Shown here piece after piece: positions 48,903 to 58,781 of a stretch of 64,000 nt of DNA (position 1 is the stretch's first letter; each line of letters starts with the position of its first letter). Made by a program: the position numbers and the translations under genes. The DNA is taken from NCBI GenBank assembly GCA_964637955.1, contig CAZWXQ010000003.1:159154-223153 (forward strand). Reading direction: 5' to 3'. Origin of the DNA: an uncultured Gammaproteobacteria bacterium. GTDB taxonomy: Bacteria; Patescibacteriota; Microgenomatia; Levybacterales; UBA12049. The notes below the pieces were generated by a model, which was given only the letters and a program-made list of their open reading frames with translations, searched no databases and was not told where the DNA came from.

Positions 48903-49927
48903 AGAGATTTAAGATGAACAATAGATTTTGTTTTAAGAGCTTTCTCAATAGCTTCAAGAAGTATAACAACTTTTAACCCTTCTACTCCACCGGTGATAGG
49001 ATTTTTATCTTCTCGAATGCAGTCAATAAAGTGGTTTAGTTCTGAAAACAATGTTTCAGTTTGTTCTAATCTGGGAATTACTATATCTCCGCTTCTATAA
49101 GCAGGAGCGAAAGGAGTTATTTCAGATGGGGGAATTGAAACTCCTTTATCATATATTCTTATTTTTTCTGATGGCTCTATGTCATTATATGAAATCATTT
49201 TTTTACTTCCACCGATTAGAATATTTCTTACTTTTACAGGTGAGAGCCAGCTTAGGTGTATGTGCGCCGTAATGCCTTTTTCATAAGTAATAAAAATATG
49301 TGCTATTTCTTCGTTTTTTTTATTAACAAAAGATTTGCCAAAAGCAGTTACTGTAAGTGGTTTCATCGGTAATATATATGACAGGATTGATAGGTCATGT
49401 GGAGCTAAGTCCCATATAACATTAGAATCAGCTTGTATAAGTCCAAGGTTAATTCGGGTACTATCATAATAATATATTTCTCCTAGTTCTTTTTTGCTAA
49501 TAATTTCTTTTATTTTTTGAACGGCTTGAGAATAGACAAAAGTGTGCCCTGAAAATATTTTTACACCCTTTTTATTTGCTATTTTTATAAGTTCTTTTGC
49601 TTCTTTGCTTGTTCTTGTAATCGGTTTCTCAATTAAAACATGCTTGCTCGCTAAGAGAGCTTCTCTCGCTATTTTAAAATGTGTAGAAATTGGAGTTGAG
49701 ATTACGACTAGATCCAAATCTTTATCACTAAGAATGTCGCTGTAATTTGTTGTCAGCTTAAGTAATGGATGATCAGTATGTATTTTATTGAGATTTTCAT
49801 TTGAAATATCGCACACATAAATAATTTTGACCTTATCAATTTTTAAAAAATTTCTAAGAAGATTTGGACCCCAATAACCAACTCCAATAATTCCAACTCC
49901 AACTACTTTATTTTTTCTTTTAGTCAT
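48899..49927 (-). CDS. Gfo/Idh/MocA NAD-dependent sugar oxidoreductase
   Basis: GVGYWG, HVLIEKP, GHTF, WDLAPHD, SWLSPVK. Confidence 0.92.
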   Translation of the reverse strand: MTKRKNKVVGVGIIGVGYWGPNLLRNFLKIDKVKIIYVCDISNENLNKIHTDHPLLKLTTNYSDILSDKDLDLVVISTPISTHFKIAREALLASKHVLIEKPITRTSKEAKELIKIANKKGVKIFSGHTFVYSQAVQKIKEIISKKELGEIYYYDSTRINLGLIQADSNVIWDLAPHDLSILSYILPMKPLTVTAFGKSFVNKKNEEIAHIFITYEKGITAHIHLSWLSPVKVRNILIGGSKKMISYNDIEPSEKIRIYDKGVSIPPSEITPFAPAYRSGDIVIPRLEQTETLFSELNHFIDCIREDKNPITGGVEGLKVVILLEAIEKALKTKSIVHLKSL

Positions 49928-50188
49928 TATTATTTAAAAAACGATAATACAATAAATTATATTAACTGTAAATAAAAGCTAAAAAGAATTTAAGAAAATA
50001 ATATTTACATATAGCTTTTGGGCTTATCTTAAATTTACAAGTGATTTTATAATAAAAATGAAGGTACATCCTCATTAATAATTACCGTTCCATAAGAATT
50101 AATTATGTTGTTATAATATATTCGAAAAATAAAAGATGATAATTAATTTGTTTAATAAGATGTTAAGTTTATTTGCAAAGGAATTTAG

Positions 50189-51295
50189 ATGAAAGTTAAT
50201 TTTGTTGATCTAAAAAGACAGAATAAGAATTTATTTATGGAGATTGGTTCACTTATTGATCAAGTGATTCTTGAAGCAGATTTTAATATGGGTTCTAGAT
50301 TAGAGAGATTTGAAAACAATTTTGCTAAGTATGTTGGGAAGAAATATGCAGTAGGGTTGAACTCAGGAACAGATGCACTGTTCCTTTCCCTGATGGCATA
50401 TGGAATTGGTAAAGATGATGAGGTAATTCTTCCAACAAATAGTTATTTTTCTACGGCGATGGTTGTTTCAAATTTGGGAGCAAAACCGGTATTCGTAGAT
50501 GTGGATCCTATATACCTGCATATAGATCCTTTTCATATAGAAAAAGCTATTACTAAAAAAAGTCGCGCTATAATACCTGTTCACTTGTACGGTCAGTCAG
50601 TTGATATGGATCCTATCATTAAAATTGCAAAAAAAAATAAACTTTTTGTGATCGAAGATGCATGTCAAGCTCATGGAGCAATGTATAAAGGTGAAAAAGT
50701 TCCAGTCACTGAGACTGGGGCTTTTAGTTTTTATCCAGGTAAAAATCTTGGTGCATTTGGAGATGGAGGAGCGGTAGCTACTGATAATAAAAAAATTGCT
50801 ATGAAAATTCTTCATCTTAGAAATGATGGTGCCTACAAAAAATATGTACATGAAATGTTCGGAGTTAAGAGTCGACTTGATACTATTCAGGCTGCTGTGC
50901 TTGATTTAAAATTAAAGCATCTTACAAAATGGAATAGTCTTAGGGTTAAACACGCAGCTTTATATTCAGAATTGTTAAATGAAATTACTGAGATAAATAC
51001 TCCTAGTTTAAGAAAAGATGCTTATCATGTGTTTCATATTTATGCTATTCAAGCAGAAAAAAGAGAAGAACTTCAGTTCTTCTTAAAAAAACATGGAATT
51101 GACACTGTGATTCATTACCCAATTCCTATTCATTTTCAGAAACCATATAAAAAATTGGGTTTTAAAAAAGGAGATTTTCCAGTTTCTGAAAATAATTCTA
51201 TGAGAACACTTTCTCTGCCTATGTTTCCAGAAATTACAGATAAAGAAATCTCATATGTAGCGGACACTATAAAAAGCTTTTATCGCAAAAGATAA
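50189..51295 (+). CDS. DegT/DnrJ sugar aminotransferase (FdtB/WbpE-like)
   Basis: NSGTDAL, PVHLYG, EDACQAHG, FSFYPGKNLGAFGDGG, SRLD. Confidence 0.95.
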   Translation: MKVNFVDLKRQNKNLFMEIGSLIDQVILEADFNMGSRLERFENNFAKYVGKKYAVGLNSGTDALFLSLMAYGIGKDDEVILPTNSYFSTAMVVSNLGAKPVFVDVDPIYLHIDPFHIEKAITKKSRAIIPVHLYGQSVDMDPIIKIAKKNKLFVIEDACQAHGAMYKGEKVPVTETGAFSFYPGKNLGAFGDGGAVATDNKKIAMKILHLRNDGAYKKYVHEMFGVKSRLDTIQAAVLDLKLKHLTKWNSLRVKHAALYSELLNEITEINTPSLRKDAYHVFHIYAIQAEKREELQFFLKKHGIDTVIHYPIPIHFQKPYKKLGFKKGDFPVSENNSMRTLSLPMFPEITDKEISYVADTIKSFYRKR

Positions 51296-51334
51296 TAAGT
51301 AGACAATAAATATTGAAGCTTTTTAAAAAATACG

Positions 51335-53086
51335 TTAATCGACTTTTTTTCTAGAATATAAAAAAACAGTAATTAATATACTTATTGAAAAAGTTATTAT
51401 GCTTAATACTTTTGCAAGTTTAAGAATAAATAAATCTTCATAGACTATTTCAATTTTCCAAATACCTCGCGGAAGCGAAAAATTTATAAGTCCAGGATGT
51501 TGTTTATCTGAATAATAAATTTCGGTTTCTTTACCGTTTACGAATAATTTCCATCCAGGAAAGTACCAAGTGTTTTCCGTAATTGAAGTATCGGAGTTAC
51601 TTTTTACTATGTATTCATGATACTGAGGCGTGATGGTAAGCGTTTTAGTAATTCCTTGACCATAAATAATATCTAAAGGACGTAATGGAGAGATATGTTC
51701 CCATTTGACACCATTTATCACCCATCTAGGGATTAAGTATGCATAGCCTTCCCCCTCATATGTGCTTTTAGGTAAATTGTTATACAGATTATTGTCACTA
51801 ATTGAAGGAATCGTTCTTCTATTTCCCCAATTTAAAATAGTTAGAAAAATCGTAATTAAAATTAAAAAGTAAATGAAAAATCGCTTATTTGTATATTGAA
51901 TTGAAAGATATCCCGCTAGTACTGAGATTAGAAAAGTGATCATGAATAGCATGCGGGATGAAAACAATAAATTCTCCAAAAGAGGTACTGTCTCCCATAA
52001 TATTCTCGAATACTCCGTAAGCATGAAAATGAAAAAAATACTTGTGATGAATAAAAATAAAATTTGCATATAATATTTTTTCTTAATTTTTTTTGTCAAA
52101 AGTAAATAGAAAGTAATTGCAAGTACAAAAATTTGAACATAACCAATTAAGTGACTCAATTCGCCATTAGGACCTTGGAATAATAGGCCAAACCGCCATG
52201 GCGAATAAAGAATTTCATTTAATTGCAATAGACTCACTTTAAATGTGGAGTTAAGATTCATGAGGGTATATTTTGTGTAAGTGAAGTAGGGAAGTAGCGC
52301 ATACCCAGATATTAAAAATGCAATTAAAAGTGAATAAATGATTTTGTAATGACTGAGAGACTTTCTTAGACCATTTTTTAAAAAATATGAAAGAATAAAA
52401 ATGGAAAAGAAAAGCAGGCTTATGAGGGCAATTCCCTGATGGCATAGGATAAAAATTCCAAAAGTTAATCCCAAAAAAATATAATTAATATTTTCTTTTT
52501 CAGTTAAAGATTTGTAAAAAAATAGACATACAAGTGGAAATAGCATAAAAGAAGCAAGTTGGCCAACATCTACCCTGAAATGCATATCTACCAAATGGTA
52601 AGGGGAATAGAGATAAAAAATTGATGAGGTGAATGCAGCGAGTTCATTTTTGAACAGTTTTTTTGAAAACAAATACATAAAAATTCCAGAAAAAATAAAT
52701 GTAATTATTATATAAAGCTTCATGCTTGCTATGAATGTGAATCCAGTTAAGTGCAAGAGCGAGATAGCATAGTAAGGTATAGGATTAATAATTAAAAAAA
52801 TAGGATATCCAAATCCAGCATTTAATCCGTCGCCCCAAGATGGGAAAAAATTAAAATGTCTTAGGCTTTCATAGAACGAAATTGATCTATAAATATGTAG
52901 ATTAAAATCTCCACTTTCATAGACACCTCTTCTTAAAACGCTAATTAATGGGAGTAGTGAAAAAAGAAAAACTAAAAAAATTGTTTTTATTTTTTTATGC
53001 AGGATATATTTGATAAAACCTAAGAATAATAATAAGGAAAATAAGGCAATTATATTTACAAATACCATTCTGTATTGCTCAAGCAT
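51335..53086 (-). CDS. PTPS-related/YfhO-like GT-C membrane protein
   Basis: GDFNLH, GFGYPIF, YLYSPYH, YFPGWKLFVNG; start likely ATG 53086. Confidence 0.8.
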   Translation of the reverse strand: MLEQYRMVFVNIIALFSLLLFLGFIKYILHKKIKTIFLVFLFSLLPLISVLRRGVYESGDFNLHIYRSISFYESLRHFNFFPSWGDGLNAGFGYPIFLIINPIPYYAISLLHLTGFTFIASMKLYIIITFIFSGIFMYLFSKKLFKNELAAFTSSIFYLYSPYHLVDMHFRVDVGQLASFMLFPLVCLFFYKSLTEKENINYIFLGLTFGIFILCHQGIALISLLFFSIFILSYFLKNGLRKSLSHYKIIYSLLIAFLISGYALLPYFTYTKYTLMNLNSTFKVSLLQLNEILYSPWRFGLLFQGPNGELSHLIGYVQIFVLAITFYLLLTKKIKKKYYMQILFLFITSIFFIFMLTEYSRILWETVPLLENLLFSSRMLFMITFLISVLAGYLSIQYTNKRFFIYFLILITIFLTILNWGNRRTIPSISDNNLYNNLPKSTYEGEGYAYLIPRWVINGVKWEHISPLRPLDIIYGQGITKTLTITPQYHEYIVKSNSDTSITENTWYFPGWKLFVNGKETEIYYSDKQHPGLINFSLPRGIWKIEIVYEDLFILKLAKVLSIITFSISILITVFLYSRKKVD

Positions 53087-53114
53087 CTTGATATAATATA
53101 ATTGCAAATTATAA

Positions 53115-53432
53115 ATGACAATACTTCAAAGATTTAAAGCAGGGGAGGATATAAGAAATAAGTTATCCAAGAGATCTAAAAATAATAGCTTAGCTTATCA
53201 TTTTATAATTGTTTTGATCAGCATATTAATTTCGACCTTTATTTATTATTTGATTGTTAAATCTTTGAACTTAAATTTCGAAAATCCAAAAACTACTACG
53301 ATAAGCTGGTTTACTCTCAATAATTATCCTAGGCAGCAAGACTATTTTTATTTTATGACTTCTTTTGTTTTTATAACATCGCTTAGTTGTATTTTATGGT
53401 TTTTATGCATATGGTTAAAAAAATCCAAGTAA
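53115..53432 (+). CDS. small two-TM hypothetical protein
   Basis: Two hydrophobic helices; overlaps the next gene by 22 nt. Confidence 0.6.
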   Translation: MTILQRFKAGEDIRNKLSKRSKNNSLAYHFIIVLISILISTFIYYLIVKSLNLNFENPKTTTISWFTLNNYPRQQDYFYFMTSFVFITSLSCILWFLCIWLKKSK

Positions 53433-55021
53433 AATACATTTTAGCTTTTTTATTTATATTTTTGTTTCTTCTTCTAATAGGGTCTGGAAATGTGATTAGC
53501 CCATTCTATGGAGACATTAATTTAATCGATGAAGGACAGTTTTTAGCTTGGATAAACCATATGCGATCTGGTGATTTTCTTTATAAAAATACCTATGCAG
53601 CTTATGGGCCCCTACTCATATATCCTTTTTATTTGTTAAGTAAAATATTTGAACCCTCGTTTTTCTTATATAGAATGACTTTTGGTGTATTTGGTATGTT
53701 AATCTCTCTGGGGATTGTCATTTTGATTTTTAATAAGTTAAAAATATCTTTTCTTTTTCAGCTTTTTGCCATTTCTTTGTTAATTTTTATTCCTGGTTTT
53801 GGATTAAGGCAGGCTGGAGGCCTACTTGCAATTTTCATGGTTTATGTTGCATATACCTCGTCTCGATACATCTGGAGTTTTATGACCGGGTTATCAATAG
53901 GTGCTAGTTTTTTAATAAGTTCAGATATGGGAATATTTTCTTTTTTTGTAATATTTGTATTGATGGCAATCTTTTTTATAAATGCTAAAAATTTTTCAAT
54001 TTATTTCAAAAAACTTGCCTATATAATTATTGGGCTAATTGCTTTGTTTTTACCTTTTACTTTAATAACCGGCAGCGAGGGATGGCTTTTTTCATACATA
54101 TCTTCAATTGCAGATGACCTAGTTTCCTACTCAGGAATAGGCATACCAATAGGTAGAAAATTTCCAAATATTTTTGAACTTTTCCCAACAAGTATATCTA
54201 TTTTAAGCTTAATTAAATTTACATTTTCTAAAGAAATCTTAAATTATTGGCTAATATTTTTTTATATCATTAGTTTCATTTATTTTTTTATTAAGTTTAT
54301 GATTAAAAAAGTAGATGATAAGGATTTATTGGCATTCTCAATAACTCTTTTCGGATTTTTACTTTCTACGATTTTAATTGGGAGAATTGGGCACTTTGTT
54401 TTTGTAGTTCAAATAGTTTTTATTCTATTTGCTTATTACTTAAATCTACTATTTGAGTATTATAAAAAAACTAAATTAAATTCTGATAAAATCTTTATCG
54501 CTTTCGCAGTTTTAGTAATTTGCGCATTTTCGCTTAGAGAAGTTTCTATTTACAGGCCTCATTTTAATAAAATTCCCGATGCGATTGCAGCAGCTCGAAT
54601 TCATGATAGTAATCCTCCTGGGGTAGGAAATATTTTAATTTCAAAAGAACAGGAAAAAAATATAAAAATTATTCAAAATTTTATTAGGGAAAACACAAGT
54701 ACGCAAGAAAAAATATATTTCTTAAGCAATAATCCGGGTTTATATTTTTTAGTAAATAGAGTTAGCCCTTCCAGATTTGACTTACCGGGGACAGCAAACA
54801 CAAGAGATAGAAGAGTTGAGCTTGTTAAAGATTTGGAAAATGACAAAACAAAATATATTATTGAAGACACAAATGCATATTTAGTTGATGGAATCTCAAA
54901 TAGAACAAGACTTCCTGAAGTAATGGATTACATAAGATTAAATTACGATGTCTCAAGACTTGGACCTTACATTATTTACACTCGCAAATATTCAAATATT
55001 TCTCTTATTTTAAATTATTAG
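53411..55021 (+). CDS. polytopic membrane protein, probable GT-C
   Basis: DINLIDEG after TM1, YGPL, LYFLVNR, many TM; start likely ATG 53411. Confidence 0.65.
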   Translation: MVKKIQVKYILAFLFIFLFLLLIGSGNVISPFYGDINLIDEGQFLAWINHMRSGDFLYKNTYAAYGPLLIYPFYLLSKIFEPSFFLYRMTFGVFGMLISLGIVILIFNKLKISFLFQLFAISLLIFIPGFGLRQAGGLLAIFMVYVAYTSSRYIWSFMTGLSIGASFLISSDMGIFSFFVIFVLMAIFFINAKNFSIYFKKLAYIIIGLIALFLPFTLITGSEGWLFSYISSIADDLVSYSGIGIPIGRKFPNIFELFPTSISILSLIKFTFSKEILNYWLIFFYIISFIYFFIKFMIKKVDDKDLLAFSITLFGFLLSTILIGRIGHFVFVVQIVFILFAYYLNLLFEYYKKTKLNSDKIFIAFAVLVICAFSLREVSIYRPHFNKIPDAIAAARIHDSNPPGVGNILISKEQEKNIKIIQNFIRENTSTQEKIYFLSNNPGLYFLVNRVSPSRFDLPGTANTRDRRVELVKDLENDKTKYIIEDTNAYLVDGISNRTRLPEVMDYIRLNYDVSRLGPYIIYTRKYSNISLILNY

Positions 55022-55131
55022 AAATAGATATTATCGCTTCAGCTTATCTATTTTTATTTGTTGGTTGCAGGTGGCGTATTAATTGTGATATATCTTTTAA
55101 ACCGTGTATTTAGTTCGTCTTTTCAATAAAA

Positions 55132-56391
55132 ATGATTAATCAAAAGAAAACCTCAATTGCAATTATTGGTATCGGAAGAGTGGGCTTGCCTCTTGCATTA
55201 GTTCTTGCTGAAAAAGGATTTAACGTTTTTGGAATAGGAAGAAAACAAGAAAAAATGGATGAAATAAATAAAGGCAAAATGCCTTTTATGGAAAAGGGCG
55301 CAAGTAAAATTCTAAAAAAAGTAAAAGGAAAAAATTTTCTTGCTACAACCGATTTTTCGTTTGTTTCAAAATGTGATTTTATAATCATAACTTTGGGTAC
55401 CCCAATTGATGAAAATATGAACCCTGTTTTTACACAGATTGAAGACGCCATTAGGTCAATGAAGGAATACCTAAAGCCTAATCAAACACTAATTTTAAGA
55501 AGTACTGTAACTCCTGGTACGACCCAGTACGTAAGCTCTTTAATTAAGGAAAATAGTACTCTTAAAGTTGGTGAAAATTTTTATTTAGCTTTTTGTCCGG
55601 AGAGAGTGGTGGAGGGAAAGGCAATCGAAGAAAATCAGAAAATTCCTCAGATAGTTGGTGGAGTAAATAAAGTCAGCAGTGAAAATGCCGCAGCCCTTTT
55701 TAAGTCCATCGGGGTAAAAACGATTATAAGTGATGCTGTTTCATCGGAACTGGCAAAGCTTTTTTCGAATATGTATAGATATATTAACTTTGCTATAGCA
55801 AATGAATTTATGGTGATTGCTGATAAATTTGATAAGGATATTTATGAGATAAAAAATCTTGTAAATTTTGGATATAGTCGTGGGGGATTAGCTTCTCCTG
55901 GCCTGACTGGCGGTCCATGTCTTTTTAAAGATGGCTTTTTTCTTATTTCTGATCTTCCATATTCTGATTTGATTTCGATAAGTTGGAAAATTAACGAATC
56001 TATTCCAACGCTCCTTATTAAGCAACTTTCAGAAAAACTTAAGTTAGAGAATAAAAAAGTCGCGCTTTTAGGGCTAGGGTTTAAGGCTGATATTGACGAT
56101 ACTCGTGAGTCATTAAGCTTTAAGGTAAGAAAAGGATTTTTCAGAGAAAGATCAAAAGTAGTACTTCATGATCCATTTGTTTCTGATTACCCATATCAAG
56201 AGATTGAAAAGGATGTTTATAAAGCTTTAAAAGGAGCAGAAGTAATATTTATAGCTGTTGATCACACTGAGTATAAAAATTTGGACATTAAAAAAGTAAA
56301 AAGAATTGCTAGTAAAAATTGTATCGTATGCGATGTTTGGAATGTTCTTAAGACAGGAAAGATTATCTTTAAATTAAATGAGATAAGTTAA
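55132..56391 (+). CDS. nucleotide-sugar 6-dehydrogenase (UDP-Glc/ManNAc family)
   Basis: GIGRVG, LRSTVTPG, FCPERV, ELAKLFSN, GGPCL.KD, FKADIDD.RES. Confidence 0.95.
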   Translation: MINQKKTSIAIIGIGRVGLPLALVLAEKGFNVFGIGRKQEKMDEINKGKMPFMEKGASKILKKVKGKNFLATTDFSFVSKCDFIIITLGTPIDENMNPVFTQIEDAIRSMKEYLKPNQTLILRSTVTPGTTQYVSSLIKENSTLKVGENFYLAFCPERVVEGKAIEENQKIPQIVGGVNKVSSENAAALFKSIGVKTIISDAVSSELAKLFSNMYRYINFAIANEFMVIADKFDKDIYEIKNLVNFGYSRGGLASPGLTGGPCLFKDGFFLISDLPYSDLISISWKINESIPTLLIKQLSEKLKLENKKVALLGLGFKADIDDTRESLSFKVRKGFFRERSKVVLHDPFVSDYPYQEIEKDVYKALKGAEVIFIAVDHTEYKNLDIKKVKRIASKNCIVCDVWNVLKTGKIIFKLNEIS

Positions 56392-56528
56392 ATATTCTCA
56401 TTAGTTTCAAAGATTTGTTTGTGTTTTCTTTTTACATTTCGAAGTTCATTATTTATTTAAATGCCTCAATTTATAAGATAAGTTTTCTAGTTTGCAAACC
56501 AATTAAAACAGATTATAATAAGCAATCA

Positions 56529-57041
56529 ATGGATCCCATTATTTCAAAAAATATTAGAATTCGAAACGAAGAATTTTTTAATGTTGGGAGTTACTCGATA
56601 GTTGATGATTTTTGTTATTTCTCTACGAAAATTGAAATTGGTAAATATTGTCATGTTGCCTCAGGGGTTTCTATTGCAGGGGGAAAAGATTTCAAATTTG
56701 TATTAGGAGATTATAGTGGTGTTGCTGCAGGTACAAAAATTTATTGTGCTAGTAGTAATTTTGTTAATGATTTAATAACGATAATTGCAAGAGATATTGA
56801 CATTGGACTAAGTAGCATTACAGGAGACGTTATTATGGAGCCAATGACTGGGATTGGATCAAATTCGGTAATCATGCCAAATAACTTAATTCCTGAAGGG
56901 GTGGCTATAGGGGCTCTCAGTTTTGTTCCTTCAAATTTTAAATTTGAACCATGGAGTGTCTATGCTGGTAATCCAATAAAATTTATCAAAAAAAGAAATA
57001 AAGAAAATATTTTAAAACAAGTAAAACTGCTTGAAAAATAA
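56529..57041 (+). CDS. hexapeptide-repeat sugar N-acyltransferase (VioB/AntD-like)
   Basis: IVDDFCYFS, IGKYCHVA, IGSNSVIMP, GVAIGALS, YAGNP; start ATG 56529 behind TTGCAA-16-TATAAT. Confidence 0.82.
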   Translation: MDPIISKNIRIRNEEFFNVGSYSIVDDFCYFSTKIEIGKYCHVASGVSIAGGKDFKFVLGDYSGVAAGTKIYCASSNFVNDLITIIARDIDIGLSSITGDVIMEPMTGIGSNSVIMPNNLIPEGVAIGALSFVPSNFKFEPWSVYAGNPIKFIKKRNKENILKQVKLLEK

Positions 57042-57055
57042 AACTCTATAATAAA

Positions 57056-57814
57056 ATGAATAAAATAAAATTATCTATCCTAATTCCTGTACGAAATGAG
57101 GGTGTAAATATTACATCGATGATGAAGATATTAACAAGTCTTCTTGAAGTGCCTCATGAAATACTTGTAATTCATGACACCCCAGATGATAATACTGCTC
57201 CTGTAGTTAAGAATCTGAGAAGGAAATTACCTCAGGTTAAGTCCGTGCAAAATAATCTTGGAGTTGGTGTGGCAAATGCAATCAGAGCTGGGATAAATAA
57301 AGCTCAAGGCAAATATATCTTAACTTTTGTCACTGATGATTTTGGACCAGTTATGGCAATTGAAGACATGGTTTATTTGCTTGATAATGGTTGTCAATTT
57401 GTTAGTGCTACTAGATATGCAAATGGCGGTAGAAGACTTGGCGGTTCATTTATTCAAGGAGTGTTATCTAAAACAGGGAATAATGTACTTAAAAAAATTT
57501 TGGGTACGACATTTTCTGATTCCACGACAGGTATGAAAATGTTTCATAAGGAATTATTTAAGACAGTAGATCTTGAATCAAAAATAGGCTGGGCTGTCCT
57601 CTTTGAGTTTACTATTAAAGCTCAGGTTCAGGGGCTTAGACTTGGTGAAGTTCCAATTGTTTCTATAGACAGATTATATGGTGGAAAATCAACTTTCAAA
57701 CTTGGTCCATGGTTAAAAGAGTATTTAAGATGGTTTATCTACGGAGTAAAAAATCTTAGAAAAAGAAAAATAAAACAAAAAGTTGTTGTGAGAATTCCTC
57801 AGAATATTTCATAA
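57056..57814 (+). CDS. GT2, DPM1-like
   Basis: LIPVRNEG, DDNT, SATRYANGGR, DSTTG, DRLYGGKS. Confidence 0.88.
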   Translation: MNKIKLSILIPVRNEGVNITSMMKILTSLLEVPHEILVIHDTPDDNTAPVVKNLRRKLPQVKSVQNNLGVGVANAIRAGINKAQGKYILTFVTDDFGPVMAIEDMVYLLDNGCQFVSATRYANGGRRLGGSFIQGVLSKTGNNVLKKILGTTFSDSTTGMKMFHKELFKTVDLESKIGWAVLFEFTIKAQVQGLRLGEVPIVSIDRLYGGKSTFKLGPWLKEYLRWFIYGVKNLRKRKIKQKVVVRIPQNIS

Positions 57815-58780
57815 TTAAATATACAAGCCTCCATTTACATTAAAAATTTGTCCTGTAATATATGATGCTTCATCAGAAACTAAATATCCAACAACTGATG
57901 CAACTTCCTCAGGTTTTCCAAGTCTTCCCATAGGAATCTGAGAGATTAATTGTTCAAGCGCAGCATCTCCGACACTTAGCATCAAATCGGTTTCGATACA
58001 GCCTGGAGCTACTGCGTTAACGGTAATATTGTTTCCTGCTAATTCTTTTGCTAGTGATTTTGTAAAAGAAATGATTCCTCCTTTTGCCGCTGTGTAATTA
58101 GTCTGCCCAGCATATCCCATTTGTCCAACAAAGGACGTCATTGAAACAATTCTTCCATGTTCAACATCTTTCATTAATGGAATTGCTGCCTTTGAGCAAA
58201 GAAAAACACTTTCTAAATTTGTTTTAATGACTATGTTCCATTGCTCATCTGTCATATTTTCAAGACGTCTGTCCATCATCATGCCTGCGTTGTTAACAAG
58301 AATATCTATGTGATTATTTTTGTTTCTAATCACATCCATCATTGTATTTACTTGCTTTGCATCAGAAACATCAGCTTGTAGATAATATGCTTTCCTACCA
58401 AGTTTTTTAATTTCAGATGCGACTTCTTTACCCTCTTTAGTGCTATTTTTGCTGTTAATAATAATATCTATTCCTTTTCGAGCAAGTTCTAATGCTATTG
58501 CTTTACCGATTCCCCTGGAGCTTCCAGTAATTAGTGCTACTCTTGGTCGTGTTTTCTTTTTTAATATATTCTTTGGAGTAAAAATCTGTATCTTATTTCC
58601 TAAATATTCAATTGTTGAAATGTCTCCTTGAGTATTAATGTGAATGCTATTGCTATGTTCTGGTCTTGCTTGTGCAACTGCTCTTTGATTATTGGTATTT
58701 TTAAGAACAACCAAAATATATCCGTTTTTAAACGGTGCAAGGGGTATTATGACGTTGGTAAAACTCACAACTTTCCACAT
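57815..58780 (-). CDS. fusion of a DUF35-type OB-fold-like domain and a FabG/PhaB-like SDR
   Basis: SDR motifs TGSSRGIG, NNAG, YTAAK, VNAVAPG; about 75 extra N-terminal aa (KVVSFTNV..P.APF..GYILVVL...RAVAQ) resembling the acyl-CoA-associated OB fold. Confidence 0.85.
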   Translation of the reverse strand: MWKVVSFTNVIIPLAPFKNGYILVVLKNTNNQRAVAQARPEHSNSIHINTQGDISTIEYLGNKIQIFTPKNILKKKTRPRVALITGSSRGIGKAIALELARKGIDIIINSKNSTKEGKEVASEIKKLGRKAYYLQADVSDAKQVNTMMDVIRNKNNHIDILVNNAGMMMDRRLENMTDEQWNIVIKTNLESVFLCSKAAIPLMKDVEHGRIVSMTSFVGQMGYAGQTNYTAAKGGIISFTKSLAKELAGNNITVNAVAPGCIETDLMLSVGDAALEQLISQIPMGRLGKPEEVASVVGYLVSDEASYITGQIFNVNGGLYI

Positions 58781-58781
58781 A

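Noticed and set aside
49928-50188. Overlapping inverted repeats (aaaagcta/tagctttt, aatttaaga/tcttaaatt)
   Set aside because: Short AT-only stems expected by chance in a divergent promoter region
55022-55129. Hydrophobic in-frame continuation after two TAG stops (stop recoding or pseudogene tail)
   Set aside because: TAG terminates other genes normally (glmU-like, ftsA, rodA); T-rich sequence explains the hydrophobicity, and the region has a terminator-like aaatagata/tatctattt stem
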